Below, piece after piece: positions 26,573 to 39,600 of a DNA stretch of 64,000 bases. This stretch comes from Octopus sinensis (lineage: Eukaryota). The notes under the pieces were generated by a model. The model searched no databases. It was given only the letters and a program-made list of their open reading frames with translations, and was not told the DNA's origin. The stretch lies in contig NC_043005.1 in the NCBI RefSeq assembly GCF_006345805.1, positions 72,788,001 through 72,852,000 of the forward strand. Reading direction: 5' to 3'. Every line of letters begins with the position of its first letter. Positions within the stretch are counted from its first letter, which is position 1. Made by a program: the position numbers and the translations under genes.

Positions 26573-27700
26573 CACACATAAACACCACACACACACATTA
26601 GCATACATGCATAAATAATAGGAGAAACCTAATACTGAAAAGCTAAGTTCTTGAGAAAACTCTGGATGAGTTTTCTATTGAAGTAAGATCTCAGTACTTC
26701 AGCTTCAGACAGACATTTGTAACTTAATTAGAGATTTGCAGAGAGTTGAAAGTAGTCTTCTTTTGTCTAAATAGTAGCAAGTTTTCTTTCTTAAGAAAAA
26801 AGATTCTTGGTTTAATTCCAGTCAGTGGGTTCTTTTACATTTTTCTCACCATAGTTTTTGTTTATGGTTATGTAATACAACTTTCAAACATCTATATAGA
26901 CTCATATGCATACATATACATATTTATGTGAGTGTGCATGTGTGTGTGTATATATATATATGTGTGTGTATATGTATGTATGTGTATGTATGTATGTATA
27001 TGTATGTATGTATGTATGTATGTATATGTATATATATGCATATATATTATATATATGTATATATGTGTATATATATTATATATATGTATATGTATATATA
27101 TATGTATATATTTATATATATATATGTATGTATATGCATATATATATATACATGTATGTATATGTATATATATGTATGTATATGTATATATATATATGGA
27201 TATATTACATATATGTATATATATATATATATTATATATATATGTATGTACTTAAAAATGTATATATACACATATTTTATAAAAACTTTATTTTATCTAG
27301 TTTCAGCTCATTATATATATATGTATGTACTTATATATATATATAGTATATATATATATGCATATATATGTATATAAATGCACATATTTGTGTGTGTGTT
27401 TGTGCACACACACACACATACACACACACACACACAAACACATGCATATATATATATACACAAATTCATATAGACATATATGCATATATATGTATATTGA
27501 TATATATGCTATGTATAAATGTATATGTGTGTGTGTACATATATATGTGTTCACGTCTATGAATGTGTATATATCTATAGCCGTCTGTCTATTCACTTAC
27601 CTGTCTGCCTATCAATTTATCTATCTACCTATCTATGATAGATCTATTTTCTATAATGTACATACATCTGTATTGTAGTATGTGTGTACATACACGTGTA
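25583..27700. repeat. Extended degenerate (TA)n/(TATG)n/(CA)n field
   Basis: Direct reading; similar fields at 14870-15100, 19190-19570, 22970-23330, 32450-32730. Confidence 0.95.
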
Positions 27701-28039
27701 CAGGAAATATGTATAGTAAACAGCACACTGTATATAACTGAACCGTTGTTTCATTCAATTCTGCTCCAGTCCTAAGCGGATCTAGAGGATTATCTTGTCA
27801 GTCTTCTGTTTAGCTAACGTATGACAAACATATATCATATTCTACACACTTCTAACACAAAAGGTGTATTGAGCACTTTTGGGTTTTTTCTATCACAAAA
27901 TATACAGTGCTCTATCTGTCTAAATACCCAGCAACATACTTATATACATACGTTCATATGTACCCCTGTCTGTATGTTTATATATCTATTTGTCTATCCA
28001 TCCATTGATACATATATACATACACACATAAATATATAT

Positions 28040-28150
28040 ACAGACATGGGATGAGGTAATGAGAACTGATTTCAGGATGTTGAATCTCAGAAAGAAGAGA
28101 TGACAATGGAGCAAGATGGCTGGCAACAGGCAGTTCTCAAGAAAACCTAA
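28040..28150 (+). mobile_element. RTE ORF2 extreme C-terminal fragment
   Basis: TWDEVMRTDFRMLNL...WQQAVLKKT aligns with the 21978-22050 peptide. Confidence 0.6.
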
Positions 28151-28172
28151 GTTTACACATATATATATACTG

Positions 28173-28532
28173 TTTACTCTTTTACTTGTTTCAGTCATTT
28201 GACTGCGGCCATGCTGGAGCACCGCCTTTAATCAAGCAACTCGACCCTGGGACTTATTCTATCGGTCTCTTTTGCTGAACGCTAAGTAACGGGGACATAA
28301 ACACACCAGCATCGGTTTGTCAAGCAATGCTAGGGGAACAAACACAGAACACAACACACACATATATATATATACATATATTACGACGGCTTCTTTCAGT
28401 TTCCGTCTACCAAATCCACTCACAAGCTTTGGTCGGCCCGAGGCTATAGTAGAAGACACTTACTCAAGGTGCCACGCAGTGGGACTGAACCCGGAGCCAT
28501 GTGGTTGGTTAACAAGCTACTTACCACACGTA

Positions 28533-28564
<32 letters not shown>

Positions 28565-28722
28565 ACAGGCTTCTTTTTGTTTCTGTCTACCAAGTCCACT
28601 CACAAGGCTTTGGTTGGCCCAAGGCTATAGTAGAAGATACTTGCTCAAGGCGCCACACAGTGGGACTGAACCCAGAACCATGTGGTTAGGAAGCAAGCTT
28701 CTTACCACACAGCCACTCCTGC
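28173..28722 (-). mobile_element. SINE A copy (28173-28529) plus a second head (28560-28722)
   Basis: Sequence match to family A. Confidence 0.85.
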
Positions 28723-28779
28723 ACCTGTATACATATATATTATATCATCATCATTGGTGTCATTGTCGTGGTCATCATC

Positions 28780-29110
28780 AGCATCATCATTTAATATCCG
28801 TCTTCCATTCTAGCATGGGCTAGATCACTTGACAGGAGTTGGTAAACCAGAGGACTGTGCCAAGCTCCACCGTCTGTTTTGTAATAGTTTTTATGGATGG
28901 ATGTCCTCTCTAGTTGATCAACCTCTTTTACAGGGTGGACTGACTGCTTTGCACATGCTTTTTACATGACAGCACTAGCAGCAGCAACTGCAGCAACGTC
29001 ACCAAGGAACTTGAAAGACAAGAGAGAGAGGAAGAGTGATTTTGAGAGAGGTGGCTTTGTGCCACATGATGAGTGGTTAGAGTATGACAGAGGGACCAAA
29101 ACAGGTATCT
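28780..29110 (-). mobile_element. Degenerate RTE 3' UTR fragment
   Basis: (CAT)n TTTAATATCCGTCTTCCATTCTAGCATGGG start and diverged UTR body. Confidence 0.55.
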
Positions 29111-29134
29111 TGCAGTAGAGGAAATATAAAGGCA

Positions 29135-29960
29135 CAGGTGAGGCAGTGGTAAGAACTTTGCTGCACAGGCAAATAGCTCAGGGTTCAGTCCCACTGTATG
29201 GCACCTTGGGCAAGATTTTTATACTATAGACTGAGGCCAACCATAGCACTGAGAGTGGATTTGGTAGATAGAAACTGTAAAGGTGGCATGAGCTGGCAGA
29301 AATGTTAGCATGCTCAGCAGTATTTCGTCTGCCGCTACATTCTGAGTTCAAATTCCGCCGAGGTCAACTTTTCCTTTCAACTTTTCGGGGCTGATTAAAT
29401 AAGTACCAGTTACGCACTGGGGTCGATATAATCGACTCAATCCATTTGTCTGTTCTTGTTTGTCCCCTCTGTGTGTAGCCCCTTGTGGGCAGTAAAGAAA
29501 TAAGAAACTGTAAGAAGCCCGTCATATACATACGTACATATATAACTGTGTATATTTGTGTGTGTGTGTGTGTGTCTTTGTGACCGTGTTTGACCCCCAC
29601 CAACACTTAACAACCAGAGTTGGTGTGTTTATGCCCTTGTAACTTAGCAGTTCAGCAAAAGCGACCCATAAAATGAGTATCAGGCTTAAGAATGAAAAAT
29701 AATTAGTGGAATCAATTCATTCGACTAAAAATTCATAGAGGCAGTGCTCCAGTATGGTCACAGACTAATACTTGAAGCAAGTAAAAAAGTAAAAGATAAA
29801 AGGCATGGCTGTGTGGTAAGAAGCTTGTTTACCAACCGCATGGTTCTGGGTTCAGATCCACTACATGGCACCTTGGACTAGTGTCTCCTACTATAACCTA
29901 GGGGCAAACCAAAGCCTTGTGAGTGGATTTGGTAGACAGAAACTGAAAGAAGCCCGTCGT
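29135..29960 (+). mobile_element. SINE A (29135-29800, split by SINE B) followed by another SINE A head
   Basis: Body resumes at 29503 after the SINE B insertion. Confidence 0.82.
29281..29502 (+). mobile_element. SINE B nested in SINE A, 11-bp TSD
   Basis: AGAAACTGTAA at 29270-29280 and 29503-29513. Confidence 0.92.
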
Positions 29961-30010
29961 ATACATAGTACATATACATACATACACATACATACATACA
30001 TATATATATA

Positions 30011-30049
<39 letters not shown>

Positions 30050-30071
30050 TACATACATATATATATATATA

Positions 30072-30104
<33 letters not shown>

Positions 30105-30106
30105 GT

Positions 30107-30445
30107 CGAAGGCGCGTGGCTCAGTGGTTAGAGCGTCGAGCTTACGATCGTGAGGTTGTGAGCTCGAATCCCGGACCGGGCTGTGTGTTGTGTTCTTGAG
30201 GCAAGACACTTTATTTCACGTTGCTCCAGTTCACTCAGCTGTAGAAATGAGTTGCAACGTCACGGGTGCTAAGCTGTATCGGCCCCTTTGCCTTTCCCTT
30301 GGACAACATCGGTGATGTGGAGAGGGGAGGCCGGTATGCATGGGCGACTGCTGGTCTTCCATAAAACAACCTTGCCCAGACTTGTGCCTCAGAGAGTAAC
30401 TCTCTAGGTGCAAACCCATGGTCAGTGTCTGACCGAAGGGGGTCA
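30107..30445 (+). mobile_element. SINE C (central box, tail Y)
   Basis: A and B boxes intact; tail shared with 13835-14050. Confidence 0.85.
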
Positions 30446-30464
30446 CCACCACCATATATCATCA

Positions 30465-30613
30465 TCATCATCATCATCATCGTTTAACGTCCGTTCTCCA
30501 TGCTAGCATGGGTTGGACGGTTCGACTGGGGATCTGGAAAGCCAGAAGGCTGCACCAGGCTCCAGTCTTATCTGGCAGTGTTTCTACAGCTGGATGCCCT
30601 TCCTAACGCCAAC

Positions 30614-30617
<4 letters not shown>
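30465..30617 (-). mobile_element. RTE 3' UTR tail fragment
   Basis: (CAT)n CGTTTAACGTCCG...CAGCTGGATGCCCTTCCTAACGCC. Confidence 0.8.
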
Positions 30618-30654
<37 letters not shown>

Positions 30655-31597
30655 CATGTATGTACACTGGCGAAAATAAATTTAAGACTGATGATAAAAG
30701 TTCTATTTCTTACAAAATATTTTGTTACTAACACCATACAAATTATTTTTATCTTTTAGACCTTATGCTTTATTTTTAAAGTTGCAAAAACATCACAAAA
30801 ATATCACAAAATCTGCTACTGAGGAAGTACCCAGCCCCTCCTCAGACATTGCCAGGAAGTCTTTCCTCCTGTCCTCAGACTTTTCCAGGAAGTCCTTCCT
30901 CCCCTTCCTCCCCTTTTTCGAATGATGCAAACAATAACTATTTTTATACTACTTGAAGAATTCTAATGCTAAATTAATATAAACGTTTCAAATTTACCAG
31001 CGAAGTTAGTTTAAGACCGTATCATTATAATTTTATTTAAAACTTAAGATTGTAGCAAAAATTAGCAACAAGAATGAAATACATATTAGTACTTTGTGCC
31101 GTAGCCTTTATTCTTAATAACGACTGAACAACGTCTCAGTATTGAATTCACTGAGTGATTACAAAATTCTTAGCAGCATTGCAAAAGCCTCTGCTTTTAA
31201 GTTGAGGTGATGAGGAGGCATAGTGGATGGGGTGAGTGAGTTTATGAATTCAAATGAATAGTTCTGAACCTCCTCTTCATTATTGCAGAATCTGTGCTTA
31301 AGTACGTTTTAAGTGCCTCTGGTATAATATTAAGAACTGTTTCATTTATTGCAAGACAGTCAGAATTTTTAGGAAATAAATTACTCGTTTTCCCATTTCT
31401 TCTGGCATGTAGTTGTTGAAAATTTCTGGGTACAAATGTACAAATTGAAATTCAAAAGAACAAAATAATAAATGGATTTATGAATGCGAGTTTGGTAATT
31501 GCATTTATTTCCACCACTTGTCACTTATTATTACAAACATGTTTTAACTAACCTATACTATACACACATGCAGATACATTCATATATATATGAATGT

Positions 31598-32007
31598 AGG
31601 CATAGGAGTGGCTGTGTGGTAAGTAGCTTGCTTACAAACCACATGGTTCCAGGTTCAGTCCCATTGCATGGCACCTTGGGCAAGTGTCTTCTACTATAGC
31701 TTCGGGCCGACCAAAGCCTTGTGAGTGGATTTGGCAGATGGAAACTGAAAGAAGCCCATCATATATATATGTATAAATATAGATATATGTGTGTGTGTAT
31801 GTTTGTGTGTCCGTGTCTGTCTCCCCAACATCACTTGACAACCGATGCTGGTGTGTTTACGTCCCCGTAACTTAGCAGTTTGGCAAAAGAGACCAATAGA
31901 ATAAGTACTAGGCTTACAAAGAATAAGTCCTGGGGTTGATTTGCTCAAGTAAAGGTGGTGCTCCAGCATGGCCACAGGCAAATGACTGAAACAAGTAAAA
32001 GTAAAAG
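31598..32007 (+). mobile_element. SINE A
   Basis: Full layout. Confidence 0.9.
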
Positions 32008-32659
32008 ATATATACATATATATCTTGAGTTGTAGCTGTAATTCAAAGGGGCCAGATTGTTATATTCTGAATGAGTCTGAATCTCCCTGTCCTGGAAAAT
32101 TCCAAGTATTGGAGGAAGGACTTCCTGGAAAAGTCCAAGGAGGGGAAGAAGGGGAGGAAGGACTTCCTGGAAAATTCTGAGGAGGGGATGAATGTGACAA
32201 TCTGGAAAAGTCCGAGAAGGTATGAGTAGGATTTCCTGGAAAAGTCTGAGGAGAGGAGGAAGGAGAGGGAGGAAGGACTTCCTGGTAATATCTGAGAAGG
32301 GGCTGGGTACTTCCTCAGTAGCAGTTTTCGTGATACTTTTGTGATGTTTTTGCAGCTTTAAAAATAAAGCATAATACTCTACCTCCGGTATTCGAGTACT
32401 ATTTTTTCTCACCTTGTTTCACATTTATGCACTTTCATGGATGTACATGTATACATACATACTCATACACATATATATATATAGATAGATTAATATATAT
32501 ATATACACATATAAACACACATACATGCATATATATATATATATATATGTGTATATATATGCATATATGAAAAAACAAGTCAAGATATATATATATATAT
32601 ACACACACACACATGTGAGTGGATAAATGAACAGACTTATATACATACATGCATATATA

Positions 32660-32712
<53 letters not shown>

Positions 32713-33243
32713 CACATGTATATATATATGTCAGTGTGTAACAAAATACAGAAAACAAACATAATGTTTGATGCTACACAAAATGCACATGCTGTCTTTC
32801 AGCAAAATATTGCCAAGATTACATAATTGCTTGTTGAAATATTGTATAATCTTGTTAATTCACCTCTTCTGTGTTTAGAAAGAAATACACTGCTAAACAC
32901 TGAAGAGGTAAATTAACTAGATTATATAATCTTTCAAAAAGCAATTATGTAATCCAGGCAGTAACTTGCCAAAAGGTGGGTATGTTATATAAAGCATAAG
33001 CTATGATGTATGTTTACTATACTTTATTAATATTATTATATGACTCATATTCCACACAGGAGTCTGTCTCATAGTTTGAGGCCCCACATTGTACAACATT
33101 GGATATAGGAGTGAAGTGGGAGACTTACTATTGAGGTTGAACTTTGGTAAGGTCACAATTCATATATTTTCCTTCCCTCTTCACCTCTCTCTTTCACTTT
33201 TCCTCTTTCTCTCCTCTCTCTCTCACTATACATATGTATATAT

Positions 33244-33290
<47 letters not shown>

Positions 33291-33314
33291 ATATATATAA
33301 TATATATATATATA

Positions 33315-36300
33315 CTAAGTAGTTAAGGGTTTAGCAACGAATTGCCTCACCAACACACCGAATTTAGAAATAGCAGTCAAAGAGATATAGCTATTCCTTC
33401 TACTAAAAGGGGGATCTCAGTAAAAACACAGCACTTGAAAGGCAAACACAGACAGGTAAGAAAGAAAGAATGAAATGACGGCAATCCATCATGCAATTTT
33501 ACGTTACCTACGGACGTACGTTTCGAGATCAAGTTTTAGGATAGCGTAAGAATTAGAAAATTCTACTTTACCCGTACTTCTTCTCTCATCGGCGCAGGAT
33601 ACTACAATTATGAATAATTGTATATTAAATTTGAGATACTAGAATGCATCATCTCAACTCAGAGCGAGCTAAAGCATGACCAGTACCACCACGAAATTCA
33701 AAGTTTGAATGAATGAAAGTTTGTGTCACCAGCCCCCTTCCACCACGTGTAGCCAAGATAAAATGCTGTGGTATTTACTGGGATAAAATATGGTTATCAG
33801 TAATAATAAAAGGTGAAACTAATAATTAGGGATAATTATCAATTACACCAAGTAGATTTCAGCATGTAAAAGCCCCATTCGAGGAAAATTTAAGTAATAC
33901 TAAGTAATTAAGGGTTTAGCAACGAATTGCCTCACCAACACACCGAATTTAGAAATAGCAGTCAAAGAGATATAGCTATTCCTTCTACTAAAAGGGGGAT
34001 CTCAGTAAAAACACAGCACTTGAAAGGCAAACACAGACAGGTAAGAAAGAAAGAATGAAATGACGGCAATCCATCATGCAATTTTACGTTACCTACGGAC
34101 GTACGTTTCGAGATCAAGTTTTAGGATAGCGTAAGATTAGAAAATTCTACTTTACCCGTACTTCTTCTCTCATCGGCGCAGGATATACTACAATTATGAA
34201 TAATTGTATATTAAATTTTGAGATACTAGAATGCATCATCTCAACTCAGAGCGAGCTAAAGCATGACCAGTACCACGAAATTCAAAGTTTGAATGAAAGT
34301 TTGTGTCACCAGCCCCCTTCCACCCACGTGTAGCCAGATAAAATGCTGTGGTCATTTACTGGGATAAAATATGGTTATCAGTAATAATAAAAGTGAAACT
34401 AATTAATTAGGGATAATTATCAATAACACCAAGTAGATTTCAGCATGTAAAAGCCCCATTCGAGAAAAATTTAAGTAATACTAAGTAATTAAGGGTTTAG
34501 CAACGAATTGCCTCACCAACACACCGAATTAGAAATAGCAGTCAAAGAGATATAGCTATTCCTTCTACTAAAAGGGGGATCTCAGTAAAAACACAGCACT
34601 TGAAAGGCAAACACAGACAGGTAAGAAAGAAAGAATGAAATGACGGCAATCCATCATGCAATTTTACGTTACCTACGGACGTACGTTTCGAGATCAAGTT
34701 TTAGGATAGCGTAAGAATTAGAAAATTCTACTTTACCGTACTTCTTCTCTCATCGGCGCAGGATACTACAATTATGAATAATTGTATATTAAATTTGAGA
34801 TACTAGAATGCATCATCTCACTCAGAGCGAGCTAAAGCATGACCAGTACCACGAAATTCAAAGTTTGAATGAAAGTTTGTGTCACCAGCCCCCTTCCACC
34901 CACGTGTAGCCAAGATAAAATGCTGTGGTCATTTACTGGATAAAATATGGTTATCAGTAATATAAAAGGTGAAACTAATTAATTAGGGATAATTATCAAT
35001 TACACCAAGTAGATTTCAGCATGTAAAAGCCCTTCGAGGAAAATTTAAGTAATACTAAGTAATAAGGGTTTAGCAACGAATTGCCTCACCAACACACCGA
35101 ATTAGAATAGCAGTCAAAGAGATATAGCTATTCCTTCTACTAAAAGGGGGATCTCAGTAAAAACACAGCACTTGAAAGGCAAACACAGACAGGTAAGAAA
35201 GAAAGAATGAAATGACGGCAATCCATCATGCAATTTTACGTTACCTACGGACGTACGTTTCGAGATCAAGTTTTAGGATAGCGTAAGAATTAGAAAATTC
35301 TACTTTACCCGTACTTCTTCTCTCATCGGCGCAGGATACTACAATTATGAATAATTGTATATTAAATTTTGAGATACTAGAATGCATCATCTCAACTCAG
35401 AGCGAGCTAAAGCATGACCAGTACCACGAAATTCAAAGTTTGAATGAAAGTTTGTGTCACCAGCCCCCTTCCACCCACGTGTAGCCAAGATAAAATGCTG
35501 TGGTCATTTACTGGGATAAAATATGTTTATCAGTAATAATAAAAGGTGAAACTATTAATTAGGGATAATTATCAATTACACCAAGTAGATTTCAGCATGT
35601 AAAAGCCCCATTCGAGAAAAATTTAAGTAATACTAAGTAATTAAGGGTTTAGCAACGAATTGCCTCACCAACAACACACCGAATTTAGAAATAGCAGTCA
35701 AGAGATATAGCTATTCCTTCTACTAAAAGGGGGATCTCAGTAAAAACACAGCACTTGAAAGGCAAACACAGACAGGTAAGAAAGAAAGAATGAAATGACG
35801 GCAATCCATCATGCAATTTTACGTTACCTACGGACGTACGTTTCGAGATCAAGTTTTAGGATAGCGTAAGAATTAGAAAATTCTACTTACCGTACTTCTT
35901 CTCTCATCGGCGCAGGATACTACAATTATGAATAATTGTATATTAATTTTGAGATACTAGAATGCATCATCTCAACTCAGAGCGAGCTAAAGCATGACCA
36001 GTACCACGAAATTCAGTTTGAATGAAAGTTTGTGTCACCAGCCCCCTTCCACCCACGTGTAGCCAAGATAAAATGCTGTGGTCATTTACTGGATAAAATA
36101 TGGTTATCAGTAATAATAAAAGGTGAAACTAATTAATTAGGGATAATTATCAATTACACCAAGTAGATTTCAGCATGTAAAAGCCCCATTCGAGGAAAAT
36201 TTAAGTAATACTAAGTAATTAAGGGTTTAGCAACGAATTGCCTCACCACACCAACACACACGAATTTAAAATAGCAGTCAAAGAGATATAGCTATTCCTT

Positions 36301-36690
36301 CTACTAAAAGGGGGATCTCAGTAAAAACACAGCACTTGAAAGGCAAACACAGACAGGTAAGAAAGAAAGAATGAAATGACGGCAATCCATCATGCAATTT
36401 TACGTTACCTACGGACGTACGTTTCGAGATCAAGTTTTAGGATAGCGTAAGAATTAAAATTCTACTTTACCCGTACTTCTTCTCTCATCGGCGCAGGATA
36501 CTACAATTATGAATAATTGTATATTAAATTTTGAGATACTAGAATGCATCATCTCAACTCAGAGCGAGCTAAAGCATGACCAGTACCACGAAATTCAAAG
36601 TTTGAATGAAAGTTTGTGTCACCAGCCCCCTTCCCCCGCGTGTAGCCAAGATAAAATGCTGTGGTCATTTACTGGGATAAAATATGGTTA
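33315..36690 (-). repeat. Left arm of ~580-bp tandem array (5 full units + ~480-bp partial); hammerhead-sense strand is minus
   Basis: Unit starts CTAAGTA at 33315, 33900, 34481, 35055, 35633, 36211 (periods 574-585 bp); begins directly after a (TA)n tract. Confidence 0.97.
33507..33598 (-). ncRNA. Type I minimal hammerhead ribozyme motif (first of 6 minus-strand copies)
   Basis: Reverse complement of the same motif; further copies at 34092-34182, 34672-34762, 35244-35335, 35827-35916, 36408-36497. Confidence 0.85.
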
Positions 36691-39600
36691 CTGATACCAT
36701 ATTTTATCCCAGTAAATGACCACAGCATTTTATCTTGGCTACACGCGGGTGGAAGGGGGCTTTGACACAAACTTTCATTCAAACTTTGAATTTCGTGGTA
36801 CTGGTCATGCTTTAGCTCGCTCTGAGTTGAGATGATGCATTCTAGTATCTCAAAATTTAATATACAATTATTCATAATTGTAGTATCCTGCGCCGATGAG
36901 AGAAGAAGTACGGGTAAAGTAGAATTTTCTAATTCTTACGCTATCCTAAAACTTGATCTCGAAACGTACGTCCGTAGGTAACGTAAAATTGCATGATGGA
37001 TTGCCGTCATTTCATTCTTTCTTTCTTACCTGTCTGTGTTTGCCTTTCAAGTGCTGTGTTTTTACTGAGATCCCCCTTTTAGTAGAAGGAATAGCTATAT
37101 CTCTTTGACTGCTATTTCTAAATTCGGTGTGTTGGTGAGGCAATTCGTTGCTAAACCCTTAATTACTTAGTATTACTTAAATTTTCCTCGAATGGGGCTT
37201 TTACATGCTGAAATCTACTTTGGTTGTAATTGATAATTATCCCTAATTAATTAGTTTCACCTTTTATTATTACTGATAACCATATTTTATCCCAGTAAAT
37301 GACCACAGCATTTTATCTTGGCTACACGCGGGTGGAAGGGGGCTGGAGACACAAACTTTCATTCAAACTTTGAATTTCGTGGTACTGGTCATGCTTTAGC
37401 TCGCTCTGAGTTGAGATGATGCATTCTAGTATCTCAAAATTTAATATACAATTATTCATAATTGTAGTATCCTGCGCCGATGAGAGAGAAGAAGTACGGG
37501 TAAAGTAGAATTTTCTAATTCTTACGCTATCCTAAAACTTGATCTCGAAACGTACGTCCATAGGTAACGTAAAATTGCATGATGGATAGCCGTCATTTCA
37601 TTCTTTCTTTCTTACCTGTCTGTGTTTGCCTTTCAAGTGCTGTGTTTTTACTGAGATCCCCCTTTTAGTAGAAGGAATAGCTATATCTCTTTGACTGCTA
37701 TTTCTAAATTCGGTGTGTTGGTGAGGCAATTCGTTGCTAAACCCTTAATTACTTAGTATTACTTAAATTTTCCTCGAATGGGGCTTTTACATGCTGAAAT
37801 CTACTTGGTGTAATTGATAATTATCCCTAATTAATTAATTAGTTTCACCTTTTATATTACTGATAACCATATTTTATCCCAGTAAATGACCACAGCATTT
37901 TATCTTGGCTACACGCGGGTGGAAGGGGGCTGGTGACACAAACTTTCATTCAAACTTTGAATTTCGTGGTACTGGTCATGCTTTAGCTCGCTCTGAGTTG
38001 AGATGATGCATTCTAGTATCTCAAAATTTAATATACAATTATTCATAATTGTAGTATCCTGCGCCGACGATGAGAGAAGAAGTACGGGTAAAGTAGAATT
38101 TTCTAATTCTTACGCTATCCAAAAACTTGATCTCGAAACGTACGTCCGTAGGTAACGTAAAATTGCATGATGGATTGCCGTCATTTCATTCTTTCTTTCT
38201 TACCTGTCTGTGTTTGCCTTTCAAGTGCTGTGTTTTTACTGAGATCCCCCTTTTAGTAGAAGGAATAGCTATATCTCTTTGACTGCTATTTCTAAATTCG
38301 GTGTGTTGGTGAGGCAATTCGTTGCTAAACCCTTAATTACTTAGTATTACTTAAATTTTCCTCGAATGGGGCTTTTACATGCTGAAATCTACTGTGTTGT
38401 AATTGATAATTATCCCTAATAATTAGTTTCACCTTTTATTATTACTGATAACCATATTTTATCCAGTAAATGACCACAGCATTTTATCTTGGCTACACGC
38501 GGGTGGAAGGGGGCTGGAGACACAAACTTTCATTCAAACTTTGAATTTCGTGGTATGGTCATGCTTTAGCTCGCTCTGAGTTGAGATGATGCATCTAGTA
38601 TCTCAAAATTTAATATACAATTATTCATAATTGTAGTATCCTGCGCCGATGAGAGAAGAAGTACGGGTAAAGTAGAATTTTCTAATTCTTACGCTATCCT
38701 AAAACTTGATCTCGAAACGTACGTCCGTAGGTAACGTAAAATTGCATGATGGATTGCCGTCATTTCATTCTTTCTTTCTTACCTGTCTGTGTTTGCCTTT
38801 CAAGTGCTGTGTTTTACTGAGATCCCCCTTTTAGTAGAAGGAATAGCTATATCTCTTTGACTGCTATTTCTAAATTCGGTGGTGTGTTGGTGAGGCAATT
38901 CGTTGCTAACCCTTAATTACTTAGTATTACTTAAATTTTCCTCGAATGGGGCTTTTACATGCTGAAATCTACTTGGTGTAATTGATAATTATCCCTAATT
39001 AATTAGTTTCACCTTTTATTATTACTGATAACCATATTTATCCCAGTAAATGACCACAGCATTTTATCTTGGCTACACGCGGGTGGTGGAAGGGGGCTGG
39101 GACACAACTTTCATTCAAACTTTGAATTTCGTGGTACTGGTCATGCTTTAGCTCGCTCTGAGTTGAGATGATGCATTCTAGTATCTCAAAATTTAATATA
39201 CAATTATTCATAATTGTAGTATCCTGCGCCGATGAGAGAAGAAGTACGGTAAAGTAAAGTAGAATTTTCTAATTCTTACGCTATCCTAAAACTTGATCTC
39301 GAAACGTACGTCCGTAGGTAACGTAAAATTGCATGATGGATTGCCGTCATTCATTCTTTCTTTCTTACCTGTCTGTGTTTGCCTTTCAAGTGCTGTGTTT
39401 TACTGAGATCCCCCTTTTAGTAGAAGGAATAGCTATATCTCTTTGACTGCTATTTCTAAATTCGGTGTGTTGGTGAGGCAATTCGTTGCTAAACCCTTAA
39501 TTACTTAGTATTACTTAAATTTTCCTCGAATGGGGCTTTTACATGCTGAAATCTACTTGGTGTAATTGATAATTATCCCTAATTAATTAGTTTCACCTTT

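Noticed and set aside
30110-30185. tRNA genes at SINE heads (also 6484, 42119, 45767, 58955)
   Set aside because: A and B boxes are present but acceptor and anticodon stems do not close, and each continues into a SINE body.
32879-32907. 29-nt plus-strand micro-exon candidate (RNTLLNTEE)
   Set aside because: Splice signals are plausible but there are no partner exons or homology; expected by chance at this window size.
36509-36875. 61-68-aa ORF in each array unit (MNNCILNFEILECIIS...), faintly like a GIY-YIG C-terminal helix
   Set aside because: No GIY/YIG motifs, antisense to the ribozyme, short, and often broken by indels; resemblance too weak to call.
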